Of a DNA stretch of 64,000 nucleotides, positions 19,891 to 32,072 are shown piece by piece. The stretch covers positions 5,351 to 69,350 of the IMG/VR virus record IMGVR_UViG_3300033233_000033; one strand, 5' to 3'. Under the pieces are notes generated by a model, which did no database searches, was not told the DNA's origin, and was given only the letters and a program-made list of their open reading frames with translations. The position numbers and the translations under genes are program-made. Position 1 is the stretch's first letter, and each line of letters starts with the position of its first letter. This DNA is from a virus.

Positions 19891-20424
19891 CTATTTTATA
19901 TTTTGGGAATCTATCACGCTTAAAATGAGGCGCTCGTAACCCAAGTCTTTGCAATATCTTGTACATAATCTATTTAAATATTCTTGTTTAGAATGAATTT
20001 TATGTATAAAAGTCATTTGATATAGTTTATAATCTATAATAGATTCTTCTATACTTTTAAAACTTACAAATTCACCAACTTCACCGTCACCAAGAGTACT
20101 TCTTTGCATAGCTTTACGCATACCAAAAATGTTATTCTTTTTTGTAAAATGTTTACTTTTAAAATGAGCGGATTCTATAAGTGCTTGAGCATAAACTACG
20201 TCAGGGTATTTTATACCAACTTCTTTAATAAAAGATAATACTCTTTTTTGTAAAGGAGCATTTACTTTTATGTGTATTTTAGGCACACTAACTTTTTCAA
20301 TTGTTTCTTTTACAATTTTATCCTTTTTTGGAGGAGTTAAAAAAATAGCTATAGATAGTAAAATACTTATAGCTAAACCTAAAATTGTTAATTGGCCTTC
20401 TCGGCTATCCAGAAATTCTTTCAT
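19891..20424 (-). CDS. Membrane-anchored glucosaminidase (GH73-like) muralytic enzyme
   Basis: N-terminal hydrophobic helix; AQALIESA, NNIFGM, S..ESI.DY, YC.D..Y. Confidence 0.85.
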   Translation of the reverse strand: MKEFLDSREGQLTILGLAISILLSIAIFLTPPKKDKIVKETIEKVSVPKIHIKVNAPLQKRVLSFIKEVGIKYPDVVYAQALIESAHFKSKHFTKKNNIFGMRKAMQRSTLGDGEVGEFVSFKSIEESIIDYKLYQMTFIHKIHSKQEYLNRLCTRYCKDLGYERLILSVIDSQNIK

Positions 20425-21242
20425 GCTTTTCTACTTTTTTTATAAAATCTGAATTAATACTTACATTTCTTTTAGTATAATAAGCACTTTGGAATAAAAA
20501 TACTTCAATCTCACTTCCTTGTATAGATGTAATTGTATATTGATTAATAGGATTAAACCTACAATAAAAATATAAATTGTCTATATTAGTCATAGTAAAT
20601 TGTGGATTTTTTGTTATCCATTTAAAAGCCTCATTGCGTTGTTGATCATTCATTTTATGATAGTGCACATCACACAAGTCATACCAAAAAGAATGTCTAG
20701 CAATAGGTGTCGGTTGTATACATGCTTCGGCAAGAAACATTAATTCAAAAAAATCTATTTTAAATTCCATATTTTTCTTGTATTTGTTTAGGTGTAAGAT
20801 ATTCAACTATAGGTTCTAAACCATAAGCGTCTTCTCTAACTAATAAGTTTAAATCATTAGATAATTTAACTATTGTTAAAAGAGTATCTCCTTCGCCATC
20901 ATCATTTCTAAATCTCTGTGTTTCAGGTTTAGATATTTCTTTCCAATTATTTTTCATATTACTTAAATCCTAAATCTATTAATACCTGTTCTTCATCAGA
21001 AACTTTAAGCTTATATTTTTCATCTACATACTTTTTAACCTTAATTTCTTCTAATTCAATTAGTTCTTTAAGATTTAATCTTGCGTTAGGGTAAGATTTA
21101 ACATAATATTGATCATGGCCTACGCAATTAGTAACAATTTGATGATAAGTTTTGCCATCAATACATTTTTCTACAGTATGATTTAAAGTAACAGAAATAT
21201 TAAATTTCATATTATCATACTCAAATTGTTTATTATACTGTT

Positions 21243-21539
21243 TCATAAATTTTTATCTTTAGATATTAGGAAATACATTGATAAATTTAAATCTGTCATA
21301 GGCATAAAGCTATCTATAATACTTTTAACTCCAAAACAACCTTGTTCAAAAAATACAATTTCTGTATAAGCTGCATCTTCAGCATCTAGCTGATCACCTT
21401 CCCAGATTTCCTTACCATCTCTGTCATAACAACCTGTAAATTGTTCTATAATACCATCAGGTACATTTTGACCTAAAGTAAAGTAGTGTAAGATTCCATT
21501 AGTATCTACACATCTGAATTTAAATTCTCTATTCTTCAT
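21243..21539 (-). CDS. YopX-family protein
   Basis: REFKFR...EQFTG..D.DGKEIWEGD. Confidence 0.85.
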   Translation of the reverse strand: MKNREFKFRCVDTNGILHYFTLGQNVPDGIIEQFTGCYDRDGKEIWEGDQLDAEDAAYTEIVFFEQGCFGVKSIIDSFMPMTDLNLSMYFLISKDKNL

Positions 21540-23643
21540 CCGCTTCTTCGTATTGTGTTAATAAAAATATAAGATCATCAGTACAGATATCTAACCATGC
21601 AACTACGTTACCATTTACAACAGGTTTATCCTCCTCATTGATATAAAATTCTACTTCGTCAGCAGTATTGAATATAGATCTCTCTTGAAAATGTATAGGT
21701 TTGTTTTGATATCCTTCTAATTCAGCAACTACAAATACCCTCAGTGTTCTTATTTTTTCTTCGTACATATCAGCTATTTTATAATATTTCATACTTTTTC
21801 TAAAGTGTTAAAACCCCACCAACCAGTTTTTCCTGGTATACCTTCTAACATAGCGCTGTCTCCATAGATATCAACTATAGTTCCTTCTTTACCTGCTAAT
21901 TCTGGCATAATGTCTACATATAATCTAGGATTATTATCAGCATGCAAAGTTCTCTTTTCTATTACAGGGTAAGTTAAACGTAATGCTACATATTCAGTTT
22001 CAGCCATCATAGCTATGTGCCCATAAAGTATCTTTACTTTATCACCTATTTTAAATTCCTTCATCAGTCTTAAATTTTTCTAAAACAGTTAAATTTAATA
22101 TATCAACAAATTTAGCTTTACGCCATTTTTTAACAGGTACATTGGACGGATGCTCAATTTCTTGAACAAGAACATCATAACCTCCAAAAAATCTTTCTCT
22201 TAATTTCCATTTACCGGAAAGTTCTTTATAACACTTCATGTTTTTCTAATTTTAAAAGTTCAATTCTTATTGCGTGAAGATGCATGATATCTTTATCTAT
22301 TTGTGCCACAGCACTTCTTTTACGAGAATTAAATGGCTTAAATTTTTTATACCACTTAATGCATTTTTTATAATATTCTGCTGCTTCTTCTTTAATTGTC
22401 ATCTTTATCTAAAGTTTCTACACCTAATTGATGTAATTGAAACATGATATTACTATTGCGTTCATCAGCTTGTTTCATTTGAGTATAACTGTCTATATAC
22501 ATAGTGTTAAAATCATAACCACGAGCTATATTCATAATTTCTGGAGTAACTTCTCCTTTACCTTCTTGCATAATTATTTTCATTCTACTTTCTTTTTTAA
22601 ACGTTTATATTTCTTAGGGAACTTTTCACCTCCCCATAGTATAGGCTTAGTCATAGCCTCTTTCATAGCATTCAATTGCCAACGTAAAGACTTTTTATTC
22701 ATACCATACAATGTAGTTCCTTCTTCACAAAAAGCAGTAGGTACACCATCTGTGTAATATACTGTTCTACATTCGAAATAGCTTTCTTCTGGTCTACGCT
22801 TGTCAATAAATGCTAATATTCTAAAATCCCAAGTTGTCATAAATAATGCTTTTTATAATATTCTTCTGCTAATTCTGTTACTCCTACATAATGATCAACT
22901 TCTTTAGCATCACAATAAGCTCTAATATAAGCACTCATAATTTCTCTTTTATGTTGATTTTCAGTAGCAGCAACAACTTCAAGCCATTCTTTTTGGGTTA
23001 AACCTTTGTTAGCATGATCTACTAACCATTCTATAGATGTTATCATATTACTTTTTTAAGTTTTACTACAAATGTTGAAAATCCATGCGCAATGTAAGTT
23101 TCTTGAGATATAGATAAGCAAGTGATTTGAAAATTGTCATCTTTATAAAGCGTTTCATTAACCTCTTCTATTGAACTTTCACCATACTTGTTTATTCTTC
23201 TAAGAAATATCAGTTCATGTCCTTTCATTACATTCTGAGGTCTGAACATTTCAATAAGGTTGCTTTGCTCAATAATTCTTTTTCTAATAGTCCAAATTCC
23301 TATTGCTAATTGCAATGATAGAATTACAAAATATACTATTTCCATAATTACTTAATATTACTTAATGGATAACTGTTTAAGATTGAATCTTTATTTACTC
23401 TAATAGTAATAGAATCAACTAATTGTCCCGGATGAATTGTTTCTTCTTTTCTAATCCAGTCTTTGCCAAGTGATGCCTTTGCATTTTCACTTGCTTCTTT
23501 CAATGCAGCTTCTACGTGCATTTCAGCAAATGCAATCATCATTTCAGAAACATTTCTGCCTGACATTGATAATCTGAAATCTTTATCATCATTAATGATT
23601 AAAAATGCATTTGCTGTTGGAATTTCTGCCATACTATTTCTTT

Positions 23644-24251
<608 letters not shown>

Positions 24252-24264
<13 letters not shown>

Positions 24265-24545
24265 TCTGAAACAGCTTCAATATTAAAAATAGCTTTTTCT
24301 GTACACGGTATAATTTGAATAACATTTAAAATTGTTATTTCTTCTACCACTACTGTAAACTTGCAATCGTCTGCTTTTGTTGTACCACTTACTGACAACT
24401 CTTCCACTGCATTAGCACCATTCCAATAGAATAGTTTACGTGCGTTTTCTAACTGAACCTCTCCTTTTTTCTTTGCTACCAATGTACCAAAAAATACACC
24501 AGCTCTATCAGCTCTTACAATTACTTTTTTTCCTAAATTTTTCAT
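24252..24545 (-). CDS. DUF6948-like protein (commonly adjacent to Gly-X repeat genes)
   Basis: VIVRADRAGVFFG.L...EV.L.NARKL.YW.GA...CKF...IIPCT. Confidence 0.65.
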
Positions 24546-24579
24546 ACTATTATTTTATTTTATTTATTATTGGTTTATG

Positions 24580-26957
24580 CTATTTATTTTTAGTTTGTTC
24601 AAACCATTTATCTAAATCAAATTCAAAATCTTCTTGCCATTTTTGAACACCAGACTTAAATACTAACCTTAGTTTTTGCAATGCACTATACATCTCTTCC
24701 TCACTATACATTCTTTCAGCTTGCCATTTAGCACCAGATATAAAATCCTTAATTTGTTTATCACTCATCAAACCATCCTTATTTACTTTTAATTTGGAAT
24801 AGTTTTCAGCAGCTTCTTCTAATGTTTCTTGTTTAGGTTGTGATTTTAATTTATTTAAATCTTTAGAAAAATTTTCAATATGTTCTAATGTTTCAGGAAT
24901 TGTTTTACCTAAATTAGTTGAAATTTCTTGAATAAAACTTTCAGGAGTCAGTTGTTCAGGTTCTTCTTGTGGCATGATGGTTTTGTAACTTATTTTATCA
25001 TATCTTCCATCACTACACTCTTTTGCTGACCAACATTCATCAACATCATCACTATAACATCTCGCACAAAAATTTACTTTTTCAACTTCAACAAACTCAC
25101 AAGAACTATTCTTAACAAACCATTCCAAGAACTCATCATTAATACTCTGAACACCATCAGCAATTAGAGTTGTATTTGTTGTTAATACAATCACCTGTAA
25201 TTTAGACCCATATTCAGCACCATTTGAATTCATTGGTTTATCTAAGAACTTATCTAAATACCATTGTCTTACCCCTTTCTTAACATTTTCATAAGATGTG
25301 ATGTATAACACTAAAGGATTTTTTATCGGAGTAAATCCAGGATTCAATCCCAAATTACCAATAGCATTAATATGTAGCCTACTTGGACTATTTTCTTTTG
25401 CTGGTAGTATGTGTATATTTTTCATGATTTCTTTTCTTTAATAAGTTCAATAAGTTTATCTATACAAGCTGATTCAGCTTCTTCATAAGTACCAACTTCC
25501 CAATTAATATGTAAATAATTTCTATTACCATCAATAAAGTTACTAATGCAATAACCATTTATTTCTTCTCTTGAGTCACTTGTTGTTCCATAACTTCCAT
25601 GTATTTTATGTACCTTTCTAAACCACTTGAAGACTTGTGATTTGAGTGGTCCATCAATAGTAATATCTGAATCAGGATGCCACCACCAATCTCCAGGTTT
25701 ATCCCAACCGCCTAAACAAGGTTCGTCAAACCCTAATTCCTTTAAGGTTAATGCTTGATTATAATTTACAAAGTGCTCTTCCATCTTATTTCTTTTTAAA
25801 TAACCTAATCCAACCATTTACCCATCTTAAATATTTGCCTTTACCATATTTAATTGTATACCAACTATTAGCAGCTTTCCAATCTGGTGGGATATTTAAC
25901 CCATAATGCATTTTATTTTGACCACTAATCCAACTTTTACAATAAGAACAATCACAATTAATTTCATGATGTTCTTTAAACATCCAAATGTATTTATTTT
26001 TGAAAATATCTTTTTCCATCTTATTTCTTTTTAAATTGTTCTAATATTCTTTTTCTAACCTCTGTAAAAGTTTCACCTTCATTATCTTCACAGCTTATCC
26101 AAACTGCGGATATAATTTCATTAACTTCCTCTTTTGAAAACATTCTTTCAGCTTTCCATTTAGCACCTTCTATAAAACCTTCATTAAAAATTGGGGCTTT
26201 AGTATCTTTGGCATAAAGCTTATAACCATTTGCTTTATCAGCAGATTCTTCTATTTCTTTTAATTCATCCAACCTTTCAGTTTTCCACTTTCTTCCTGCA
26301 CCTTTCATCTTATTTCTTTTTAAGTATTAAACAACCATTTTCATCAAGCTTGTTTTTTGTTTGGCCAATACAATAATCTTTAATATAAGGAACATCAAAT
26401 CTCAATGGTCTTTTTGGATCACAATGATAAGGATAACAAAAAGGATCTTTGCTCTTAGATGTAAATTTTAGCACTTTACAATTTTCTCCATGTTTACAGT
26501 AAATTGTTTCCATCTCAATCTCAACCTCAATCTCTGTTAGTTGTTGTAGTGATTGGATAAATCTTTTTTGAATTTCTCTTAATTCATTTTCATCAGTTTT
26601 ATCAAAATGTCTTTGATTCCAACCATATTCAAATGCTTTAATTATATCAAATTCAGTAAACAACTTATCTTTATTCAACTCTATTGCTTTGTTGAAGCCT
26701 TTAATGAAACCACCAACTAGTGCTTCAAATCCATGTTCATTTAATGATTTACCTGATTTTAAAGTTTGGATAATTTTATATGCCTCAATATCTATATGAC
26801 ATTCATCACACGCTAATTTCTCAACATCAACAACTCCAAATATCTCATCACAGTTTTGTTTTGATAGTCTTTTATATGGTGACTCTTGAGTTGTAGCCAC
26901 ACAACTATCATCTTTTTCATAGAGCTTATACTCTGTTCCTATTTTCTTTAATATCAT
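24580..26957 (-). other. Cluster of five hypervariable flavobacterial-phage-type ORFs (24580, 25422, 25786, 26021, 26310)
   Basis: Shared F..GAKW.AERM.S.EE-like module; ALTLKELGFDEPC...QVFKWFR...TYEEAE; LDENGCLILK. Confidence 0.65.
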
Positions 26958-27096
26958 TATTTTCCTGGTTTATGATTAGGATTACCACTCCAGTAAGCAT
27001 CACAAGTTTTATCAAACTTTACTGTTTTGCAAGCTGTGAAGAGTAAACCTAAAGTTAATACTACAATTATTTTCATACTTTTTGATTTTAAATTAG

Positions 27097-27167
27097 GAGC
27101 CGCGGAAGGATTCGAACCCCCGGCCCTCTGCGTAACAGTCACTCTACCAACTGAGATTACACGACTC
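27097..27167 (-). ncRNA. tRNA-like element with shrunken anticodon arm
   Basis: Acceptor AGTCGTG/CGCGGCT; D-arm CTC-AGTTGGTA-GAG; T-arm GGGGG-TTCGAAT-CCTTC; anticodon arm only CTG-TTACG-CAG. Confidence 0.65.
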
Positions 27168-27296
27168 ACCGACTATTTGACAAATAATCCCATACAAAGC
27201 ACTCCCAACCAATGGGACACCTTTTCTACCTGTAAGGCTCTATTGAGCTATTGACACTCTTGTACTATATGGATCTCTGGAATCGAACCAGTCTCG

Positions 27297-27435
27297 TAGT
27301 CCTAGTGGGAATCGAACCCACCTGATTACCTGCATGTTTTCACACTTACTTCTTTATCTAGAATATTGAGCAGTAATCAAAAACCATCAGTAAACCACTA
27401 GCGACAAGTTAATTACTCTTATCGTTTATAGGACC
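27297..27435 (-). ncRNA. tRNA-like RNA: acceptor stem plus T-arm enclosing about 105 nt of non-tRNA sequence
   Basis: GGTCCTA/TAGGACT-A; GTGGG-TTCGATT-CCCAC; internal helix TGATTACTGC/GCAGGTAATCA. Confidence 0.6.
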
Positions 27436-27507
27436 ATTTTGCAGGAATCCCACCTGCTATACTCTGTTGTTATCCGCAGAGTTTAGAGCTACTTATTCAC
27501 CCCCGTG

Positions 27508-27578
27508 TAGTTACGATAGGATTCGAACCTACATACTCCAACTTAAAAGGCTGGGCTTTAACTTTAAGCTACATAACC
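27508..27578 (-). tRNA. tRNA-Lys (anticodon UUU)
   Basis: GGTTATG/CGTAACT-A; D-arm GCTT..AAGC (D-loop lacks GG); CCAGC-CTTTTAA-GTTGG; GTAGG-TTCGAAT-CCTAT; CCA not encoded. Confidence 0.85.
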
Positions 27579-27627
27579 ACCGCGCTTGTTTTTGAAACCT
27601 AGTGAGATGTTAGTCGCCCCTCACTAC

Positions 27628-28080
27628 TTACCATTTAAAACGTAATAAACCCCACATTAACGAAAACTCTTTAAGGGCTTTTTTCTCTTCTTTAATTATT
27701 TTTGTTATTGTTTTAGGTTTTTTAACAACTTCAATTACAGTTTCTGCTCTTTTAACTTCTTGTTGTTGTTTCTTTTTATCAGCTAATTTTGCGTCATTAT
27801 AAACCTTATTTTGAGCCCTCATAATACTTATTATTTTACGAGCTGTGTTTATATTAGGCTTAGTAGTATTCCATAAATAAGTTTTTAAAACACCTTGAAC
27901 GTCTACAATTTTTATTAATTTATTATCGTTTAATATTTTAGTTATACCTTTATGTATTTTATACCCACTACAAAATCTTGATAATGAAAATGTTTTAGGA
28001 GTAAGAGTTTCTTTGTATAAATCATTTAAAAGATCTAAACATCTTTGTTCTTGATTTGTGATTTGTATTTTACTTGTCAT
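27628..28080 (-). CDS. Basic hypothetical protein
   Basis: Lys-rich ORF between RNA elements. Confidence 0.6.
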   Translation of the reverse strand: MTSKIQITNQEQRCLDLLNDLYKETLTPKTFSLSRFCSGYKIHKGITKILNDNKLIKIVDVQGVLKTYLWNTTKPNINTARKIISIMRAQNKVYNDAKLADKKKQQQEVKRAETVIEVVKKPKTITKIIKEEKKALKEFSLMWGLLRFKW

Positions 28081-28100
28081 ACTTGTTTATTTTAAATTAG

Positions 28101-28186
28101 AAGTTGTTGGGAGATTCGAACTCCCATCTAGCCTTGCGACCATGTTATCCCTAGAGTGTTTTCAAGCACTTTACACCAAACAACTT
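28101..28186 (-). ncRNA. tRNA-like element with GCAA tetraloop in place of the anticodon loop and an enlarged D-loop
   Basis: AAGTTGTT/AACAACTT; GTGT...ACAT with internal AGTG/CACT hairpin; GGTC-GCAA-GGCT; GGGAG-TTCGAAT-CTCCC. Confidence 0.65.
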
Positions 28187-28348
28187 ACTACACTTCCTCA
28201 CCATTTCCTCTTATGAAATTACACGTCTAGGGTTTATCTACTCTATAAATACAACTTAAAATCTAAGTACCAGGATATTTATAAATAAGATGGATCGGCC
28301 CAAGTCCTTGTGTATAGGAGCTTTTTAGAGACGCAACCTGAAGTATTT

Positions 28349-28804
28349 TTACAAAGAGTTTAACTTTGCTAAACGAGCTTGTAAAGTAGCAGTTTCGTCA
28401 CTGAACAATTCTAAATGTTTAGCATGGCTTTTTTCTAAAAACTCAATAGCATTTTTAATATTAATTACTTCAGCTTCTGCATTTTCGATATGTGCTACAT
28501 ATTGTACAGTATAATCTTTTTCAGCAGATTTAGTAACTAGTTTCTCAGGATTCACATTGATCCATGCATCTTCTAACGCTTGTTCAGCATCTACTAACTG
28601 ATCTTGTAATTTAGATAATTTTTCTTCATATTCAAACTCTATGGTTTTAATATTGTGCTCACGAGTTTTAATTTCGCGATTCCACTCTTTCTCTAAACCA
28701 ATAAAGAAACTATCTACTTTTGCATCTTCAGTAATTTTAAAAAATGCCATTACTTTTTGTGTTAAAGTAAATTTTGATTTTGTTGTTGTGTTTTCTGTAC
28801 TCAT
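28349..28804 (-). CDS. Coiled-coil hypothetical protein
   Basis: Heptad-rich helical sequence. Confidence 0.65.
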   Translation of the reverse strand: MSTENTTTKSKFTLTQKVMAFFKITEDAKVDSFFIGLEKEWNREIKTREHNIKTIEFEYEEKLSKLQDQLVDAEQALEDAWINVNPEKLVTKSAEKDYTVQYVAHIENAEAEVINIKNAIEFLEKSHAKHLELFSDETATLQARLAKLNSL

Positions 28805-28805
28805 T

Positions 28806-29984
28806 TTATTTGTTTTTAAGATTTACGTATTTATACCCTGTAACTTTTACAGGTTTTGTTGCTATTAAATTAGCAGCGGCTTTTGTGAATGTGCCTGCTG
28901 GCGTCCATCCATCAGGTGTTGTCAGATAACATTCAGAAGGAGCTAAAGGATTGCTAAATAAAAGCGACTCGGTAATTTTTTGATCTTCTTCAAATATTCT
29001 TTGCCTTTCAAGCATGAGTTTATCATACTGTGCATTATGTCCTATTAGCTTAGAAGTAGTAGAAATAATATCTTTGTCGCTTGTATCAATAGTCTCAAAA
29101 CTTAGTTTTGATTTCACCGCAAAGGTTTTTGGTAACACTAGGAGAGTTGATTCTGATTTACTAACAACATCTCTTATATACTCTTCATTAGTTTTTATAT
29201 CTGTATAATTAGAATGTTCTATACACCAGCTACCATCTACACAAGGTTTACCGGCCACAAGGCTTACTACTTGTTGCCATGTGCCAAAATATTTATTCAT
29301 ATCAGGATGCCAATTTGGTGGCCTACTACCATCAATAGGTTCATTTATAATATTTATCCAATCACCAATTTTTAAGCTTTGTTCTAAGTTTAATATTTCT
29401 GAGATATAACTAAAAGGTTTGATTACTTTAAAATCTTCTATAGACTCGCTATAATCAAATTGGCCTTTTTTATCTATACCATAATAACTATGAGAACCAT
29501 TACCACCAACACTAAGCCCGCTCTCACTATTAAACCAATTTATATAGTTTTTCCATAACTCGTTAGTACTATAATCTATTGGGCATTTTATTGCAAATGA
29601 CATAGAGTTTTCTAAAGGAGTTTTTACACTAACTTCAGGTTGAGAGATTATTTCAGCCCAAGTGTTAGTTTCTTTATAGTAAGCAAAGCCAGGTCCGACA
29701 TCAATAGATCCATTACTTATTATAGGTTTACGACATGCTTCTGCTATATCATTATTTACTTTACTAGCAGTTTTGTACTTAGTCCCTATAGGATACATCT
29801 TTGCAGCATACTTTAATAACTCTTCATCTGTGTATATAGGCCTAAAATAACTACAATTATAAGCTATACCACTTTTGTTACCACTTTCAAATACTATAAA
29901 ACCTTTTCCATCAACAGAATAAATTTTACCCCCATCAAAAGAACCATTTGTTTGAATACACTTTACTTTTTTAGGAACTAACAT
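28806..29984 (-). CDS. Multi-module hypothetical protein
   Basis: 392-aa ORF with an A.KMYPIGTKY...WAEII module. Confidence 0.65.
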   Translation of the reverse strand: MLVPKKVKCIQTNGSFDGGKIYSVDGKGFIVFESGNKSGIAYNCSYFRPIYTDEELLKYAAKMYPIGTKYKTASKVNNDIAEACRKPIISNGSIDVGPGFAYYKETNTWAEIISQPEVSVKTPLENSMSFAIKCPIDYSTNELWKNYINWFNSESGLSVGGNGSHSYYGIDKKGQFDYSESIEDFKVIKPFSYISEILNLEQSLKIGDWINIINEPIDGSRPPNWHPDMNKYFGTWQQVVSLVAGKPCVDGSWCIEHSNYTDIKTNEEYIRDVVSKSESTLLVLPKTFAVKSKLSFETIDTSDKDIISTTSKLIGHNAQYDKLMLERQRIFEEDQKITESLLFSNPLAPSECYLTTPDGWTPAGTFTKAAANLIATKPVKVTGYKYVNLKNK

Positions 29985-30134
29985 ATTGTTTCTTTTTAGT
30001 TTTTATCATATCCTCAGCATCCTCCTTACCAATAATCTTATAAGGTAAAGATTTAAAAGGAGAAAAATAAACATAATCTCCATTTTCTAACAACAACACT
30101 TCACCATTTGCTACTAACCATCTTTCTACAATTT

Positions 30135-31217
30135 TCATAAGTACATGGAGTTTAAGTGAACATTTAAATCTAAAGCAATAATTTGCTCCGCCCTTATATT
30201 ATGTATCATACCATCTTCAAATTTTACTTTGTATAAAGTTCTACCTTTGGTGTCATAACCTATATAGGTAAGTTTTTCTATAATATAATCTCCGTAGTTT
30301 TTATCAAAGTCTATTCTTAATTTTTTTATATTTAACTTGTCTACATCACCGCCTGCAGCACTGTAATCTTTTAAATTTATATCTGCTGTCATTGTCATAA
30401 TCTATTTTTTAATTTTTTATAACTTTACGATTTACTTTTGAGGGAGGTTTAATCAACCCCTTCATCTGCTCTAAAATCTCAAATTGGATTATCTCTAACT
30501 GACCCATTAATTCTACAGCTGTAAAGCCGTCGTTAATGCGATTCATAGTAGCTGAACCATCTACATATTCTATAATTTCTATAGTGTATACTTTTTTCTT
30601 TAATACTTCTTTCTTTGCCATTATTTCAAGAATTTAGTAGTTAAAAACTTCTGTAAAGATTTATTTTCAGATACAGCTTTACGTGTAAATTCAGATTTTA
30701 ATTGTCTAACCATAGCAGGCCTAGATAATTTATCTGGTAATGTTTTAATAAATTCATCTATTTCAGCTTGCAAAATTCTAATTTCTTCTGTGTTTACAGG
30801 AACTTCCATAACAATGTTTGCAACATGTGTGATTTTAGTGTTATCATCTAGATCCTCAACCTTTTGAAATGTAGCTGTAATTTTACCATAAAGGCGGTAT
30901 ACACAATTGTTTAATTCTGAATTAGAATTATAAGTGCTTATAGTTTTAAATTTTAATTCAGCTATTTGATTACCAGAATGTTTGTTGTTGTGAACATATG
31001 CATAACCTGCTTTAGCTAATTTAGGATGTAATTTAGCAAATGTTTCTTTAGCAAATTCACAAGTGTACTTGTCATTAAGCCTTTTTGCTTCAGCTGCAAA
31101 ATTATTTGTTTTCTCTACAATATGATTAAATCTATCATCTACTAACATTTCAATAATGTCATTTTGTGTAATACGAAAGTCTACTTCCGTGTTTACTTTT
31201 ACGTTTTTGTTTTCCAT
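30135..31217 (-). other. Three hypothetical ORFs (30135..30398, 30409..30621, 30621..31217)
   Basis: Abutting minus-strand ORFs. Confidence 0.6.
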
Positions 31218-31361
31218 TTTATTTATATTTGTTTTAAATTTTAAAAATAAAAAAGCCCTCTACTCTTTGGTTATACTATCTTCAAGGGCTTTATAAGAAT
31301 TAATTCGCCTAGTCTCATCAGAGATAAATTTTAACGTCTCCTAGGTGACGGATTTTATTCG

Positions 31362-31478
31362 TGGTCAAAGGCGGACTCGAACCACCGACCTATCGGCAGG
31401 AATCATATAATACTCTCAGGTCATGACCTCCCTACCCTCTTATACCCACCAATCGCTCTGCCACTGAGCTATTTGACA
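31362..31478 (-). ncRNA. tRNA-like RNA with anticodon loop replaced by a ~44-nt insert
   Basis: GTCAAA/TTTGAC; TAGCTCAGTGGCAGAGC D-arm; extended stem ATTGGTGGG/CCTGCCGAT; AGGTC; GGTGG-TTCGAGT-CCGCC. Confidence 0.75.
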
Positions 31479-31500
31479 CTGTTATACCTACAAACAATAG

Positions 31501-31613
31501 TAGCCAAGGTAGGATTCGAACCTACATTTATACCACCATATAACTTACTGATTTTACAGACGAGCATGCACCTACTCTCGTTATATGTGCCTTACCAATT
31601 CAGCCACTTGACT
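31501..31613 (-). ncRNA. tRNA-like RNA with anticodon loop replaced by a ~35-nt insert
   Basis: AGTCAAG/CTTGGCT-A; TGGCTGAATTGGTAAGGC D-arm; 8-bp CATATAAC/GTTATATG stem; GTAGG-TTCGAAT-CCTAC. Confidence 0.75.
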
Positions 31614-31847
31614 AAATACCACTTACTAAAAATACCGCTGCGGCAAACTTCAGTGGTTATACATACACATATCTAAATTTACACAGCATCTTATAGAGTA
31701 AAACTATATTGTGGAATCCATTTTTGAATGTGTAGTACAGTTTGTTTTCAAGTTGCAGAGGTTGGTGTGAGTATTTGTTGCTTTTAAAACACTCCATTCA
31801 CATGAGATGATAAGATACCAATCTCTCCCATTAACCAGCGAACTTCG

Positions 31848-31954
31848 TGGTGAGAATAGGATTCGAACCTATACAGGGTGTCATCCCTCGGAGTATCTAA
31901 AGTTTTGACTTACTTATTATCGAACTCCTACATTACCAATTCTGCCACCTCACC
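31848..31954 (-). ncRNA. Leu-type tRNA-like RNA with 29-nt anticodon loop
   Basis: GGTGAGG/TCTCACC-A; GGCAGAATTGGTAATGT D-arm; GGAGT/ACTCC stem; long variable arm AGGG-ATGACA-CCCT; ATAGG-TTCGAAT-CCTAT. Confidence 0.75.
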
Positions 31955-32072
31955 ATAAAAAGTAAATCTAACTATAACTTTCGTAGACATATTATCATCA
32001 ATCATACTCAAGATTTTTATTTATAGTTTTGCTTCAACCCGACTTTGACAACTTTACCAGGCTTTACTTCCA

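Larger units (their letters stand above)
19736..23632 (-). other. Run of about 14 short co-oriented hypothetical phage ORFs (60-180 aa)
   Basis: Abutting or ATGA-overlapping minus-strand ORFs in the track (19736, 20405, 20760, 20959, 21529, 21789, 22051, 22392, 22580, 22837, 23043, 23348). Confidence 0.7.

Noticed and set aside
26957-27254. ORFs 26957..27169 (5' part) and 27027..27254
   Set aside because: They overlap the tRNA-like element. Only the short lipoprotein-like MKIIVVLTLGLLFTAC portion is plausible.
27270-27292. Isolated T-arm-like hairpin CTGG-TTCGATT-CCAG
   Set aside because: There is no matching acceptor stem or D-arm; at most a fragment.
27297-27435. tmRNA
   Set aside because: It is too short (139 nt), has no convincing tag reading frame, and lacks the alanine G3-U70 acceptor identity.
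27436-27507. HDV-like (theta) ribozyme downstream of tRNA-Lys
   Set aside because: Only simple hairpins are visible; I could not build the nested double pseudoknot by eye.
31300-31352. Second CTGATGA (possible hammerhead) on the minus strand
   Set aside because: It is followed by GACTAGGCGAAT, with no proper stem II and no GAAA core.
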